From: Salpingoeca rosetta
Lineage: Eukaryota > Protista > Choanoflagellata
Direction of reading: 5' to 3'
Length of the DNA stretch: 64,000 nt
Assembly: GCA_033442325.1 (NCBI GenBank)
Contig: JAWQFM010000020.1
Location: forward strand, 975,388 to 1,039,387
Below, piece by piece: positions 15,727 to 42,195 of this stretch (positions are counted from its first letter, which is position 1; each line of letters begins with the position of its first letter). The notes under the pieces were generated by a model. It was not told the origin of the DNA. It searched no databases and saw only the letters and a list, made by a program, of their open reading frames with translations. The position numbers and the translations under genes are program-made.

Positions 15727-17002
15727 CGTGCGTGTGTTTGGTTGAAAGTGGTACCGTGCTCTCCGGCATCAACACACACAAGCACAACCACCCACAGTCT
15801 CAATTCAACTCACACACACATGCACACACACACACGCACATACACACACACACACACACATGCACGCGTGCATATGGCCGTGTTGGTTTTCAGGCGACAC
15901 AAGCGGCGTTTCAGGAGAGACTCGTTGGGTTGGTGGAGGACATGAAGCAGCAGGAGGGGTACACTGCACTGGCAGCGGTCTCACCAGCACCGGTGCGCGA
16001 TCACACCAGCGATGACACACGCACGCGCGCCAGCGATGACACACGCACGCGCCCCAGCACTGGTACTGACGAGGACGGAAATGATGGGGAGGCTGAGGGC
16101 CACAACGGGAGCACGTTTGGATTGGAACAGTTTCTGGAAAGCGTAGAGCAAGGGCTTTATCGCCTTCCCTCCCGCTTTGCCGATGCATTTAAGGGACTGG
16201 TTGAAGGTTGCCTGCAAGCACACCTCGATACCATCATGGTGACCCGCTGGCAGGTGGACGCCGCAGTTGCCTTGTACGTGGACATGTGCTGCATGCGCTT
16301 GTGCTGGTGCGTGCGTGTGTGCATGTGCGTGCATGTGTGTGTGTGTGTGTTTGTGCATGTGCGTGCGTGCGTGTGTGTGTGATGGGTGCGTGCATGTGCG
16401 TGCATGTGCGTGTGTGTGTGTGTGTGTTTGTGCATGTGCGTGCGTGCGTGTGTGATGGGTGCGTGTGTGCGTGTGTGTGTGTTTGTGCGTGCGTCGCAAC
16501 TGCTTTGCATTTGTACCTCAATCACCAAATCATGCATCTTCACCTCACCCCACCTCCTCCTCCTCACCACCACCGCCACTTCTGTCTCGCCCGCAGGAAG
16601 AAGAGCATCACGCACCTGGAGAATGCAGCAAAACTGTTTGACTGGTGCATGGACCAACTGCAGAAACGCACCAGTGTCGCCGAGTTCAAGGCTCCACCTC
16701 TGGCAATGACGTACGCCGACATCAAGAGTGTGCTGTCTCCCAAGCTGTTGTTATTCGATGGCACATGGTGCCCGGCCACGCTTGATGAGTGCGTCCAATA
16801 CGTTCAGGACGAAAAGGCCAAGAAAGAGGCAAAGCGACAAGCCGCACGAGGTGTGTTGACATGTGATTGTTCTTGTTGCTGTGTGTTTTTATCGTGTGAT
16901 TTGCTCGCTCACGTGTGCGTATGTCTGTGTTTGTGCATGTGTGTGCGTATGTTTGTGTTTGTTTTATGCGTACATTTGTGTTTGTTTTATGCGTTCGTTT
17001 TT

Positions 17003-17037
<35 letters not shown>

Positions 17038-18720
17038 CTCATGTTTTTGTCACTGTTGGTTTGCATGCTTCAATCACCGCCAACTTGCTGCTCACCATGC
17101 GTCCACCGCGACTGCCAGAGAAAACAAAAGCAAGGAGGGCCAACCTGAAGGACAATACCCCGAAGAAGCAGAGCAAGAGCAAGAACAAGAGGAGTAGAGG
17201 CAAGACGAGGCGAGCGCGGGCGAGCAACGCACAGGCACCACCAGCAGAGCCAACAACAGACGCAGCCTCAACAACTGCAGAGGAACAGGCAACGGCGTCA
17301 ACAACAACCGCAACAGAAGCAGCAGCAGATACAGCCGATGCAGCAACAGCAACAGCCGATGCAGCAACAGCAACAGCAGATGCAGCAGCAACAACAGCGG
17401 ATGCAGCAACCGCAACAGTATCAGGGGCAGCAGATGCAACAACAACAACAACAATATTAGGAGCAGCAGATGCAGCAGCAGCAACAGCGGTGTCTTCTTC
17501 GATCGCGTCATCGGCCGTCACGACACCGTCGACGTCAGCACAGCCATCGCAGGGGTCGCACGTGGTGAGTAGTGCATCGCAGCAGAGCGAGGAGCTGCAT
17601 GGCAGCCAGTCATCAGCAACAGACAATGATGGTGGTGATGGTGGTGATGGTGGTGATGGTGGTGATGGTGGTGATGGTGGTGGTACAACTGGTGGGCCAG
17701 GCACAGACCATGCGCAGCAGCAGCAAGAGTTGCAGGACGGTGAGCTGGTTGCAAAGCGAGCAAAGCTGCAGGACGTGAAGCAAGAGCAAGCGACCGCGAC
17801 CGCGGAGGTAGCAGTACTGGCAGGCGAGAACACAAATGGAAGTGCGCAAGACGAAGCAGTGCAACATGAACCACCCGCTGAAGCAAACGAGCAACAGGGA
17901 CACATGTACAGCTGCCTGGACATGTCAACCCCGGCAAATGATGATGGCGTGACTGTGCGGCTGTTCCAACAAGGAGAAGGCGGCGACTGCGGTGATGAAG
18001 ATGACATGAAGGAGTTGGTTGGGCGCTTGTCTGAGGACACGCGCATGTGCTGTCTCTGTCACCAGCACGGCGATTTGGATCCGAAAGACGGTGGCAGGCT
18101 CCTCCCACTGGAGGTGCTGTCCTGTTGGTTGTAGTTGCGTTGTTTTGTGGTGGTGTGAATGCGTGTTCGTGTTTTGGTTTTGTTTCGTTTTTGCACTTGT
18201 GTGATGTGTTGTGGTTTTGTGGTTTTGTGTGTGTTTGTTTGTGGTTGTGGTTGTGTTTATTTGTGTGAACGTGTTTGCGTTAGCGTGTGTGTGTTGTGGT
18301 TGTGATTATTTGTGTTGACGTGTGCGTTTGTTTGTGTTTGTGGTTGTGTTTACTTGTGTTCACACGTGTGTGTGTGTGCCATGCACCGACACACTACCAC
18401 CGCCGCCAAGTGTACCCTTTGTCTGACTCCTCTCACACTCGCGTCTCCCTTCTTGCATGTGTTGTGCACGTCAGGTCGATGGATGGGTGCATGTCAACTG
18501 TGCCCTGTGGAGCAGTGAGGTGTTCGAAGACACAGACGGCACGCTGCAGCTGCTTGATTCCGCCATTCGTCGCGGAAAACGCATGCGGTGCACGACGTGT
18601 GACCACACCGGCGCCACCATCGGCTGCTGCTCCTCTTCGTAAGCGGTTTATGTGTTTGTGTCTTTGTTGTGAGGAAATGTGTGTGGGTGTATGTGTATGT
18701 GTGTTGTGTGTGTGTTGTTT

Positions 18721-18757
<37 letters not shown>

Positions 18758-19103
18758 TTGTGCGTTGTTTGTGCGTGTGTGTGTTGTTTGTGTGTGTATG
18801 CGGTCCATGCATGTGGGTTTGTTTGTGTGCATGCCACACATGCACGCGCTCGCCAGTGTGCACCAGTTGAGATATCATTGGCACAAACGCAATTCGGCTC
18901 ATGGCTCGTCGTCTCGCTCCCTGCAGATGTAAAGGCAACTTCCACTTTGGGTGTGGGCTTGACAGTAACACGCTCTTCCTGAGCAAGGAGGTGTTCTGCA
19001 AGACACACGCGCAGCGCCTTCCCGGCCACAAGACTGACATGGTTCGTCGTGCGTGTTACATGTTGCATGTGTACATGTGTGCATGTGTGCGCGCACGTGT
19101 GTT

Positions 19104-19147
<44 letters not shown>

Positions 19148-21346
19148 CACCCGATTTAGCCCGAGTGCGCATTGCGAACGGTACACGCTGCTCCCATGTG
19201 TGATCCCATCACACGCACACACACCTTGCCTTGTATTCATCCCCTGTATGTGTGTGCACGTGTGTGGCATGTCTTTGTTGTTGTGTCAGGGTCAATTTGA
19301 GGTGCAACGCAGCGTAATTGCACCCCCAATGCACACGAGCGTGGAGGATGTCCTTGAATGCCTCAAGCGACCAAACCCCGCAGACAGAAAACTCAACGGT
19401 GAGGGACTGCTCAGTTGTTGGTTTGTTGGTTGGTTTAATGTAACACGGTGTCGCTCGTTGTGTGCTACGCCGTGCACACTGACTTCCCTTGTATTTCTGC
19501 GCACCCTGACATGAGTGTTGTTGCTCTTCTCATTCACGCAAACACACACAACTTATATTTCCCGTGCACGCCTTGTACCACCACCAACCACCACCAACCA
19601 CCACTGCCTTCAGCACTGTCGTCTGTGGGTGCGCGCACACTTGACTTTCAGATTGATGACCTGCTGGTGCGCTGCGGTGGACTTGCCGTGATTTGTTTGG
19701 GCGCGATCAAGCACACGTCCCCAGCCATGCACACCCGTACCCGCATCTACCCGGATGGGTTTGCGAGCGTGCGCACCTTCTTTGACCTCCACGACCCTTC
19801 AACGACAGCCGTGTACCTGTGCCGCATCTGCACAACGCCAGCACAGCAGCAGTCGCAACACCAACGTAAGTCACAGCACGACGGGAGCCAAGGCAACCAG
19901 AACCACGCGAGCTGTGGTGATGACCACACGGTGCCTTCGTCACAATTGTCGGCGTGCGCTTCCTCACAAACGAAGAGCGAGAGTGTTCCTCGCTTTCAAG
20001 TCATCTACCTTCCACCCCGTCCTTCCCGCGACACAGCAGCCACATCCACATCAGACGCACCAACAACCACATCCACATCAGACGCACCAACAACCACATC
20101 CACAACTAAAACCACAGCAGCAGGGACATCAACGGCGACCAACACCGCTCAGCGTCGTGCTGTTGTGTTTGAGGGCCCGACACCGGAAGCAGTGTGGTCG
20201 CGTGTGATTGCGACGCTCCGCACAAACGGGTGGGACAAGCACGACGTCGCAAGGCCGCCAGCGGGCGTTCACCTGTTTGGCCTGGACGTCCCATATGTGG
20301 TGCGGTTGATTGAAGCACTCCCCAATGCCGCTCGCTGCGAGAAGTACGAGTTTGTGTTTGCGCGGCCGCCACCGCCGGCTGACGAGGCGAACACGGGGCG
20401 CGTGAACGCAAACGGGTGTGCGCGGTGTGAGCCGCTGTCGGTGTTGCGGAAGAAACGACAACGGCGGCGTCCGCACGCCACGCTCGCTGCTGCAAACGCG
20501 GGCACCAGCACCACTGGCACCACTCAGGCGCCATCGTCGCTCGCAATTGCTGGTGGTGGGGACAGCAGCAGCAGTGGTGGTGCGAGTTCTGGTGGCGGCA
20601 GCGCTAGTGGTGGTGATGGAGCAACGAACGGCAGCGGGAACGGCCGTCGCGCTGCCCCCGCAAGTGCGATGGGTCACATGCAGAGCCACCTCTCGGACGC
20701 CATGCAGTACCGGCAGTGCAAAGAGCGCATGCGGGAGACGGTGCGCGTCGGCTACTCGAAGATCCACGGGTTTGGGCTGTATGCCCAGCGCGACATTAGC
20801 GGCGGCGAGATGATCGTGGAGTATGTTGGGGAGGTGATACGGCCAGAGCTCACGGACAAGCGGGAGCAGTTCTATGACGCACGCAACATGGGCAGTTACA
20901 TGTTCCGCATTGACGACAAGCAGGTGGTGGACGCAACGCTGACGGGTGGGCAGGCGCGGTTTGTGAACCACAGCTGCGACCCCAACTGCATCTCACGCAT
21001 CATCTCCACGGATCGCGGCAAGAAGATTGTCATTGTGGCCAAGCAGCACATTTGCAAGGGTGACGAGCTCACATACGACTACCAGGTGCGCGCGCGCGCG
21101 TGTGTGTGTGTGTGGGGGGGGGGCGTGTGTGTGCTTTGTGCTCAATGCTTGTATGGTCGTGTGTTTGTGTTTGGTGTTTTTCTGGCTATGTCGCTCTGTG
21201 CTGTGCGTGCGACTCACACTTGGTGCTGGTGTGTGTGCGTGCGTGCGTGCGTGCGTGTGTGTATTGCGTTGCAGTTCCCGCTGGACGACGACAACAAAGT
21301 TCGCTGCTCGTGTGGCGCTGCCAACTGCCGCGGATTCATGAACTGA
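10484..21346 (+). CDS. trx: Trithorax/KMT2A-B (MLL1/2)-like histone H3K4 methyltransferase: basic N-terminus, RAMA-like domain, PHD1-3, bromo-like region, ePHD, FYRN, FYRC, WIN, SET, post-SET
   Basis: PHD3 [21 protein letters not shown]|[17 protein letters not shown]|WLHATC; e[16 protein letters not shown]...[27 protein letters not shown]; [16 protein letters not shown]; [29 protein letters not shown]; WIN GCARCE; [38 protein letters not shown]; post-[16 protein letters not shown]. The start codon is approximate. Confidence 0.93.
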
Positions 21347-21360
21347 CGCGCAACGCAGTT

Positions 21361-21408
<48 letters not shown>

Positions 21409-21722
21409 TGCCTATGGAAACGATGGCTTTTCGCAGCAGTGTGTGTGTGGCACCGTCTTTCTGTTCCTGCTTTGCCTGTCTCCCATGACTATGAGTTGCT
21501 GTGGGTTGATGAACGTTGCTAAGTGTGTATGGCGACGGATGCTCGCCGAGCACAAGCTTCGTGCGTGTTACATTCAATAAACGGCTATTTGAGTACGTGC
21601 GCACGTCTACGAAGGAGGGGGTGGAATTATGTGTTTGCATGTCTGGCTCTGTGTGTTTGTGTTACAGAAACTATGTGCAGAACCACGTGCTTGCGTGTCG
21701 ATGTTTGTTTGTGGTTGAGTGT

Positions 21723-22538
21723 TTAAGCGGTTGCCACCCTTGCGCGCTTGCTCTCCTTCTGTAACACAGACATGCACGCGTGACAGCGCGGTGTAGGTGT
21801 GTGTATGTGTGTGTATGTGAGAGTGTGTGTGATTGGCAGGAAGACATCGCTTGTGTAGCACGTGTTACACGTGGTGCATGTGTGTGTATGTATGTGTGTC
21901 AATGTAATGTGCTGAAGCTTCATTACCACTGCGGGGGTCAGGCTGTCATATCTGCAGCGTGTGTGTACATGGCATGCGACCAACGCACCTCAAGCGAGGT
22001 GAGGTACTGCACGCGGTGCTGGTTGTCGTCTGCGGGCCGGTTGATGGGCGTCCATTTTGGCTCATCCTTGAACAGCCGCTTCGCCTGGCATCACATGTGT
22101 ACATGCGCACGAAGTTGTGCGCGTGTGAGCGGGTGCGGGTCAGTGGGTTATTGTGTGTGTGTGTGTGCTTGCAGTGTATCAAGGCATGCAATCATGTATG
22201 TAAATGTGTGAACGCCTGCTTGCTCAACTTGGACAGCTCCAAGCCATTGGTCATGCACCTGAATGAAGTTCTTCTCGTCAAGAGTGAAGCGGTGGTAGAT
22301 GCCGGCAGGCTGTGAAATGCAACATGTGGCGTGATGACAGGTGTTGTAATGCAAGCAGGGCAACGGCACAGCAGTGAGACAGAGCACGTTAGCGGTTCGA
22401 GTTGAGGGACTGCAAACATCAAGCAGCTGCACTGGTGGCCATGCCGCAGACAAACACACACAGGCACACACACAGGTACACAGGCAGAAATACACATGGG
22501 CAGACATAAACACACAGACAGACAGACAGACACACAGA

Positions 22539-22569
<31 letters not shown>

Positions 22570-23629
22570 TCGATGCGCACCAGCACGAGAAGGTCTCCGG
22601 CCGTGACCTCAATACGAATCCACTTGTCGTCGCGGTCGCGAACGTCAAAATATCCGCTGCCATCAACAATGTACCGGATCTCCTCATCCTCGTGAAGGTG
22701 TCTGAATCGCACACACACACGCACGAATACGCGCGTGTTTGGACACAAATAAGAGTTGGCGCGGGCTGGTGAGAGGAAAAAAAGATGTTGAACGTGTACG
22801 TGCAGAGCACTTGTTGAGGAGCGTCTGCCTCACACGTACGATGATCCCAGCACAACACCACTTTGCCACAGCACATGCAACATGACGATAGGTGCGCTCA
22901 CTCTTGGAAAAAGGACTTGATCTTCTCCTCATAGTTGGGCAGCTTCTCCTTGGAGCAGGTGATCTAGTGGTCAAGGAAGCAACGCACACAGGGTGCTGTG
23001 AGCAGGAAGTGGATGACAGCCAAGGTAATTAGAACAAAGCTGGCCGTATGCAGGCAAGGGTGTGCAGTCAATGTGTTTCTTGTGCTGTTCACCTTTGAAA
23101 CGTACCACGTCTTGGTTGGCATAGTTGCGCTCCTTGCACACCTTGGCCAGTTCATCCTGCAGTGTATGTGTGTGTGCATGTGTGAGGCGAATCCGTGTGC
23201 ACGGCGTGCTGTGGCATGCAATGCAGCTGCTGCTGGCGGTGCAAGATGTGCTCAGCAGACTATCCTTTACTTGCACACACACACATATGTACCTCGTGCT
23301 TCTCCACTGGGATGTTCCAGTAGAGCACGCCAAGGTCCTTCAAGTCTTCCACCGACACCTGTTCCATGAAGTTGAACATGAAGGGGAGTGTGTTCATGAG
23401 AAAGAACCAAGGGAGGCAAGGTGCGCGCACACGCACACACAAGTACACAAGTACACGAGTACAAACACACACAAGTACACAAGTGCACACGAGTACACAC
23501 ACGCGCACACACAAGTACACAAGTACACACGAGTACAAACACATACACACACACCTCCTTGACCGGGTCGGTCTTGTGTGGGAGGCGCTGGTCAGTGTCA
23601 GCATCGTCCATGTACCACGCAGCCACCAT
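21723..23629 (-). CDS. ADI1: Acireductone dioxygenase (methionine salvage pathway, cupin fold)
   Basis: [39 protein letters not shown]|[59 protein letters not shown]. The last exon ([11 protein letters not shown]) is tentative. Confidence 0.95.
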
Positions 23630-23794
23630 CTTCACTGTTGTCTTTGTTTCTTCGGTCTCAGTTGGGAAAATTATTGAATGATTTCATCAAATTGACTGCG
23701 TTGGTCCTGCCTGCAACCGTCGCTCACTCATCGCCGCTGCTCTCTTGCTCTGCGCCTCTGCTCCGCTTTCTTGCTTGTTGCTTGCTTCATCGAG

Positions 23795-23885
23795 CCATCC
23801 ATCCCGTGTATCCACCCATCCACACGATCCACCCCTCCACACGATCCATCCATCCACACGATCCATCCATCCACACGATCCATCG
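23795..23885. repeat. Imperfect ATCC / CACACGATCC tandem repeat in the 262-bp divergent ADI1 / thrB-thrC intergenic region
   Basis: CACACGATCC occurs 4 times, interleaved with ATCC units. Confidence 0.8.
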
Positions 23886-23891
23886 GCAGCC

Positions 23892-32054
<8,163 letters not shown>

Positions 32055-32362
32055 TGTTGGCTGTGTCCAACTGTGCTTGGCTTTGTTGCCGTGCGTGATG
32101 CGACTTTGATTCATCGCATGCAGTTCACAGCATCACTGTTACTCTCCTGTGTGCGTGTGCGTGTGCGTGTGTGTGTGTGCGTGTGCGTGTGCGCATGTGC
32201 GTGTGTATGCATGTGTATGCATGTGTGTGTGTGCGTTGTGCAACAACAACAACCAACAACAACAACAACTGCAACAACTACAACAACAACAACAAAAAAA
32301 AAAACACATTCATTTTGGAGAAAACATGAAAGATTTCCATTCATATTCTGCAAACAAACAAC

Positions 32363-37125
<4,763 letters not shown>

Positions 37126-37506
37126 TGGAGGTGGTGGTGATGATGTGGCAGTGATGCTGAAGGTGGTGATTGTGTGGCTGTGGTGGGATGCATGATTGTG
37201 GAGCCTTTTGCTGTGGTATTGCATGTGATATTGCGTGTGTATGCGCCTCTGGTGTCCGTTGTTCCTGTTGCGCGTGTTCGTTATCATGCTTTATTGCATC
37301 GGCCACCACGCGAGCGTGGGTGCAGTTGCGAAGGAATTCATCTCGAAAGAGTCAAAACAAACCGGGGTGACATGATTGCATCAAAGGAAAGAATGAAGGA
37401 AAGCACAACAGCATCCGGCAGACACAATGGCACATTCATCAATAGTTGAGGTCCACATAATTCGCAAACTCACGCACTCACACCTTAACCCCCCCCTGTC
37501 ACCTTT

Positions 37507-37590
<84 letters not shown>

Positions 37591-37628
37591 ACACACATCA
37601 AGGGTGTGTTTGTACAGGGTGCTGCTTA

Positions 37629-37901
37629 CTACTCCTCGTTGACATAGGGGAGGTGGATCTGGTGCCCATATGGACCGCCAACACCGCGGCCATCGGCGGC
37701 GCGCGCACTCGGCTGCTCCAGCTCGCGACGGAAGTACTCAATCGTCTTCTTCAGTCCATCAACCACCTTCACCTTCGGCTCCCACCTGTCGAGCGAATCA
37801 GGGAGTGTTGATTGTTGGTAAGGGTGAGCGGGGAAATATGCGATGAAATGTGTGTGTGTATGTATGTGTGTGTGTGTGTGTGTGTGGTTGTGTGTGTGCG
37901 C

Positions 37902-37932
<31 letters not shown>

Positions 37933-38381
37933 TGTGTGGTTGTGTTTGTGTGCGTGTGTGTGTGAATGAAACAGCAAGGCCTGTCGACACACAGAGTCAT
38001 TTCACCATGAGCATCGTCAACACCAAAACCATCATCAACGCAATCACGGCAACAACAAACACATAGTCGCGACGACAGAGTCGTACCCAAGGTGCTGCTT
38101 GGCGCGGGTGATGTCTGGGCGGCGGCGCTGTGGGTCGTCCTGGGTGGCGGGCTTGTGCGTGATCTCAACTTTCGGGTCGCCGACAAGCTCCCGGATCGAC
38201 TTGGCAAAGTCAACCATCGTGTACTGGAGATGGTGGTTGGGGGGGGGGGATGAGGTGGTGGAGATGGAGGTGGACGGAAGTCACATGTTCAAAAACAACA
38301 CCGGCGGATACACGCAAAGTCACACACAGGCGCACACAGACACAGACACAGACACATACACAAACACAGACAGACAGACAG

Positions 38382-38417
<36 letters not shown>

Positions 38418-38702
38418 ACACACAGACACATAGACACACAGACCCACATACACAGGCACAGACACAGATCTCCCCCCCCCCACACACAGACACAGACACA
38501 ATGACCCACCTCCTCTGGGTTGCCGATGTTGACGGGGTCCGAAAAGTCGCTGTTCATGAGCGCCATGAGCCCGTCGACAAGATCACTCACATACTGGAAC
38601 GACCTGCAGCGGCGGCCATGGTGGCGGGGGACAATTCATGGATGATGTGTCAGGGGGCGATGGAGAAGGGACGAATGTACAATACAGCGTGAAATGTGTA
38701 TG

Positions 38703-38760
<58 letters not shown>

Positions 38761-39182
38761 AGCACAGCGGTGCACACCTCGTCTGCTTTCCCTCGCCGTA
38801 GACGGTCATGGGCTGGCCCTGCAATGCCTGGATGATGAAGTTGCTCACAACTCGCCCGTCACCAATGTGCATGCGTGGTCCAAACGTGTTGAAGATGCGA
38901 GCAACGCGCACCTCGACCCCGCTCTGCTTCTGGTACGCATAGCACATGGTCTCTGCAATGCGCTTGCCCTCGTCGTAACATGCGCGCGGACCGTCTGGGT
39001 TGACGTTGCCAAAATATGTCTCCGGCTGAGGGTGAACCTGATGGGGGGAATGTGATGTGATGCGATGTAGGTGGTGGTGAGGCGATTGCAGGTGGTGGTG
39101 ATGTGATGGCAGGTGGTAGCGCACTTACACCGATGCATGTATGCACACATGCATACACGCCCAAACACACACACACACACGC

Positions 39183-39269
<87 letters not shown>

Positions 39270-39645
39270 GCACGTCGATTGTTCGTTCTCACCGTTGGGT
39301 TCCCGTAGACCTCCGATGTGGACGCGAGCAAGAGACGCGCACCCACGCGCTTAGCCAGGCCAAGCATGTTGATGGTGCCGAGGGTGTTGGTCTTGATGGT
39401 CTTGATCGGGTTGTACATGTAGTGGGGCGGGCTGGCTGGCGATGCGAGGTGGTAGATTTCGTCAACCTCAATCATGAACGGCTCAACAACATCGTGGTTG
39501 ATCAGCTCAAAGTTCGGGTGCCTGATCCTAATGGTGGCGGTGTTGGCGGTGGTGGTGATGGTGATGGAGAGGAAGCGGGGGAAGGGGGCACAGTGGTGGC
39601 GTGAGGGTTTGAGCGTGCACGGTGAGGGGCGGGGGGAGACGTGTG

Positions 39646-39735
<90 letters not shown>

Positions 39736-40644
39736 GATGATACATGTGTAGATAGAGAGAGACAAACATATGATACACATGTACAGACAGACGGACACAC
39801 ATGCACACATACATATGACATGCACGTACACATGGCATGCACGTGTGCCTGACCAGTGCTCGACGTTCTTCTTTCGCCCAGTGAAAAAGTTGTCCATGAC
39901 GGTGACCTCGTGGCCCTGCTTCATCAGCGCATCCGTCAGGTGCGACCCAACAAACCCTGCAGCGTGTACACAGGTGGAGGGTGCGAGTGAGTGAGTGAGT
40001 GAGTGAGTGAGTGAATTGGGTTTACACAAATGGCGTGGGTGGAACCGATGCAGTTGAGAGCTAGGCAAGCGGACAAGCAAGCAGACACGGAGCAGAGGCG
40101 AGAAGCACCCTGTACATAAGAACACACACAGCCACACACAGCCACACACAGCCACACACAGCCACACACAGCCACACACACACAGACACAGACGTGTTGC
40201 AGACCTGCTCCGCCTGTGATGAGGATGCGCTTGCGGTCGAATTCGTTGCGCGGGACGACGCTGGGGAAGGTGTTGGTGCTGGCGTTGCGGAGGTCAAGCA
40301 GCTGCTGCTTCAACCGGCTCAGCTCCCGCTTGCTGCACATGGTGGTGGTGATGGCCGTGTTGATGACGTGAGCACGTGCGAGAGACCCCAGCGAGTGCAC
40401 ATGTGTTGTGTGTGTATGGGGGCGGGAGGTGTGATAGTGGTGGCACGCGAGTGTTTGACCGATGAGTTGCCAACGCCATCACCAGCAACAGTGCCAGCGC
40501 CAGCCAGCCAGCACGGCAAGACTTACGCCTTGTCCATTTCCCGCTGGGTCTTCTCGAGGTTGCGCACGTGGTCCTCCAGCGCGCTCTCGCTGCAAAGCCA
40601 GCACATCAAAGGTCGCACACACCAGCCATCAGCACGGTCGCGCT

Positions 40645-40691
<47 letters not shown>

Positions 40692-41335
40692 GTAGACATG
40701 CAGAGACATGCACATGCACATGCATACACTCACGTACACACCTCCTTCGGATTGCATCTTCCGTGTCATCTTCCTTGAGCTGCTGTGAGTTCATCGGCTC
40801 AATTGGTACGCCCCGCGTTAGAACCACTGGGCAAAAACAGGCATCAGGGGGGCGTGTGAGGTCGAAGGGAGTGCGTCACAGTGTGCAAGCGAGGATGTCG
40901 GGTTCGCGACAATTGTCTTTGTCTCACTGCCATCACGTGAGCACACGCGCAAGTTTCAAGCCCACTCACCGAGGAGAACCAGCGCGCTCACTGCGAAGAA
41001 CACAGCGAACCTGGATGGCATGAAGGCAGATGGAAACGGACACGAGGTGAAGGTGACAATGAGAGTGAGTGAGGCGGAGACGAGGGAACAGAGAGGAAGG
41101 AAAGACAGACAGGCAGGCAGACGGACAGACAACCAGACGGACGAACAGACGAACAGCAAAATACACAGACACAGACACACAGACACACAGACACGCACAG
41201 ACACGCACAGACACACACAGACACACACAGACAGACAAGACAGCCAAGCACATCGATCCCGTCCCACATCCTCTCCATCAGCACGCACTTTTTGGAAGCG
41301 GTGTCGGCGCCCATGGCTCGAAGTGTCACTCCCAT
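37629..41335 (-). CDS. UXS1: UDP-glucuronate decarboxylase (UDP-xylose synthase), type II membrane form
   Basis: Signal-anchor [13 protein letters not shown], then a stem, then [11 protein letters not shown]|[57 protein letters not shown] (YxxxK), [27 protein letters not shown]. The start is at 41335 or 41314. Confidence 0.96.
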
Positions 41336-41591
41336 TGAGATCTGTTACACACCGAGATCTTGAAACAAACCCACAAAAGGAAAGGAAAAAGGAATGATAA
41401 AGACTCTGTTAGAGAGAGCCGTGTCAGCAGAGATCAGCTGTTGCAGCGACAACGTTGATGGGGAGGCGAGGGAGACGAGGGATAGACAGGCCAGTCGAGT
41501 TCAACGCATCGAAGACAGAGAGTGTCACAACAATAATGGCAAAGAGATAAATGGCGCGCGCCACAGCGGTACCAACAGTACATCGTCACAA

Positions 41592-41637
41592 CCACAGCTG
41601 CCACAGCTGCCACAGCTGCCACAGCTGCCATAGCTGC
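41592..41637. repeat. 9-bp tandem repeat (CCACAGCTG), about 5 copies, in the UXS1 / monooxygenase divergent intergenic region
   Basis: Directly visible; the last copy is degenerate (CCATAGCTG). Confidence 0.85.
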
Positions 41638-42195
41638 ACTGTGTTCTCTCACCTGACCAGGCAGCTTAAAGTGCGCTGCCGGTGGCGATGTCCGTGCCGT
41701 GTTCAAGGTCACAACTATCACAACTATGTCTGGCACAACCTCTGGAATCACAAACGTTGCGTTGGCGTTGGAGAGGTGCGGTTGTTGGCGCAGCGTGCAG
41801 ATGGATTTGATGCAGCAATCATCAAGCAAAGCAAAAGAATGCGAAACGTTTTTTCACTTTTGTCATGTTGTGAATCTTGCAGACGACAGACGACACACAA
41901 ACACATGCATGTTCATGGATTGTGGGGAGTTGCACGAAGGACCGCCAACCAGCAACAATAAACCCCACCAGCAACACAGCGAGAGCACTGCACACGAACG
42001 GCAACTACCGATCCAGCAACACAGCACACATCAACAGCGTGCAAGGAAGAAAAGCTCGCCTTTGACAGAAGGAACTGTTGGCTTGCTGACGACACCATCT
42101 AGCCATATACATTTATTCGCTCTCGACGGTTCTGCCATCGTCATCAACATCAGCACTCAACGCACAGCCGCAAACAGCAGCACCGAACAGCAAAG

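Noticed and set aside
16000-16500. Short direct repeats (SDDTRTRA x2 in an exon; ~60-bp GT-rich units in an intron); also the TSTSDAPTT repeat at 20040-20105
   Set aside because: These are ordinary slippage duplications in low-complexity regions.
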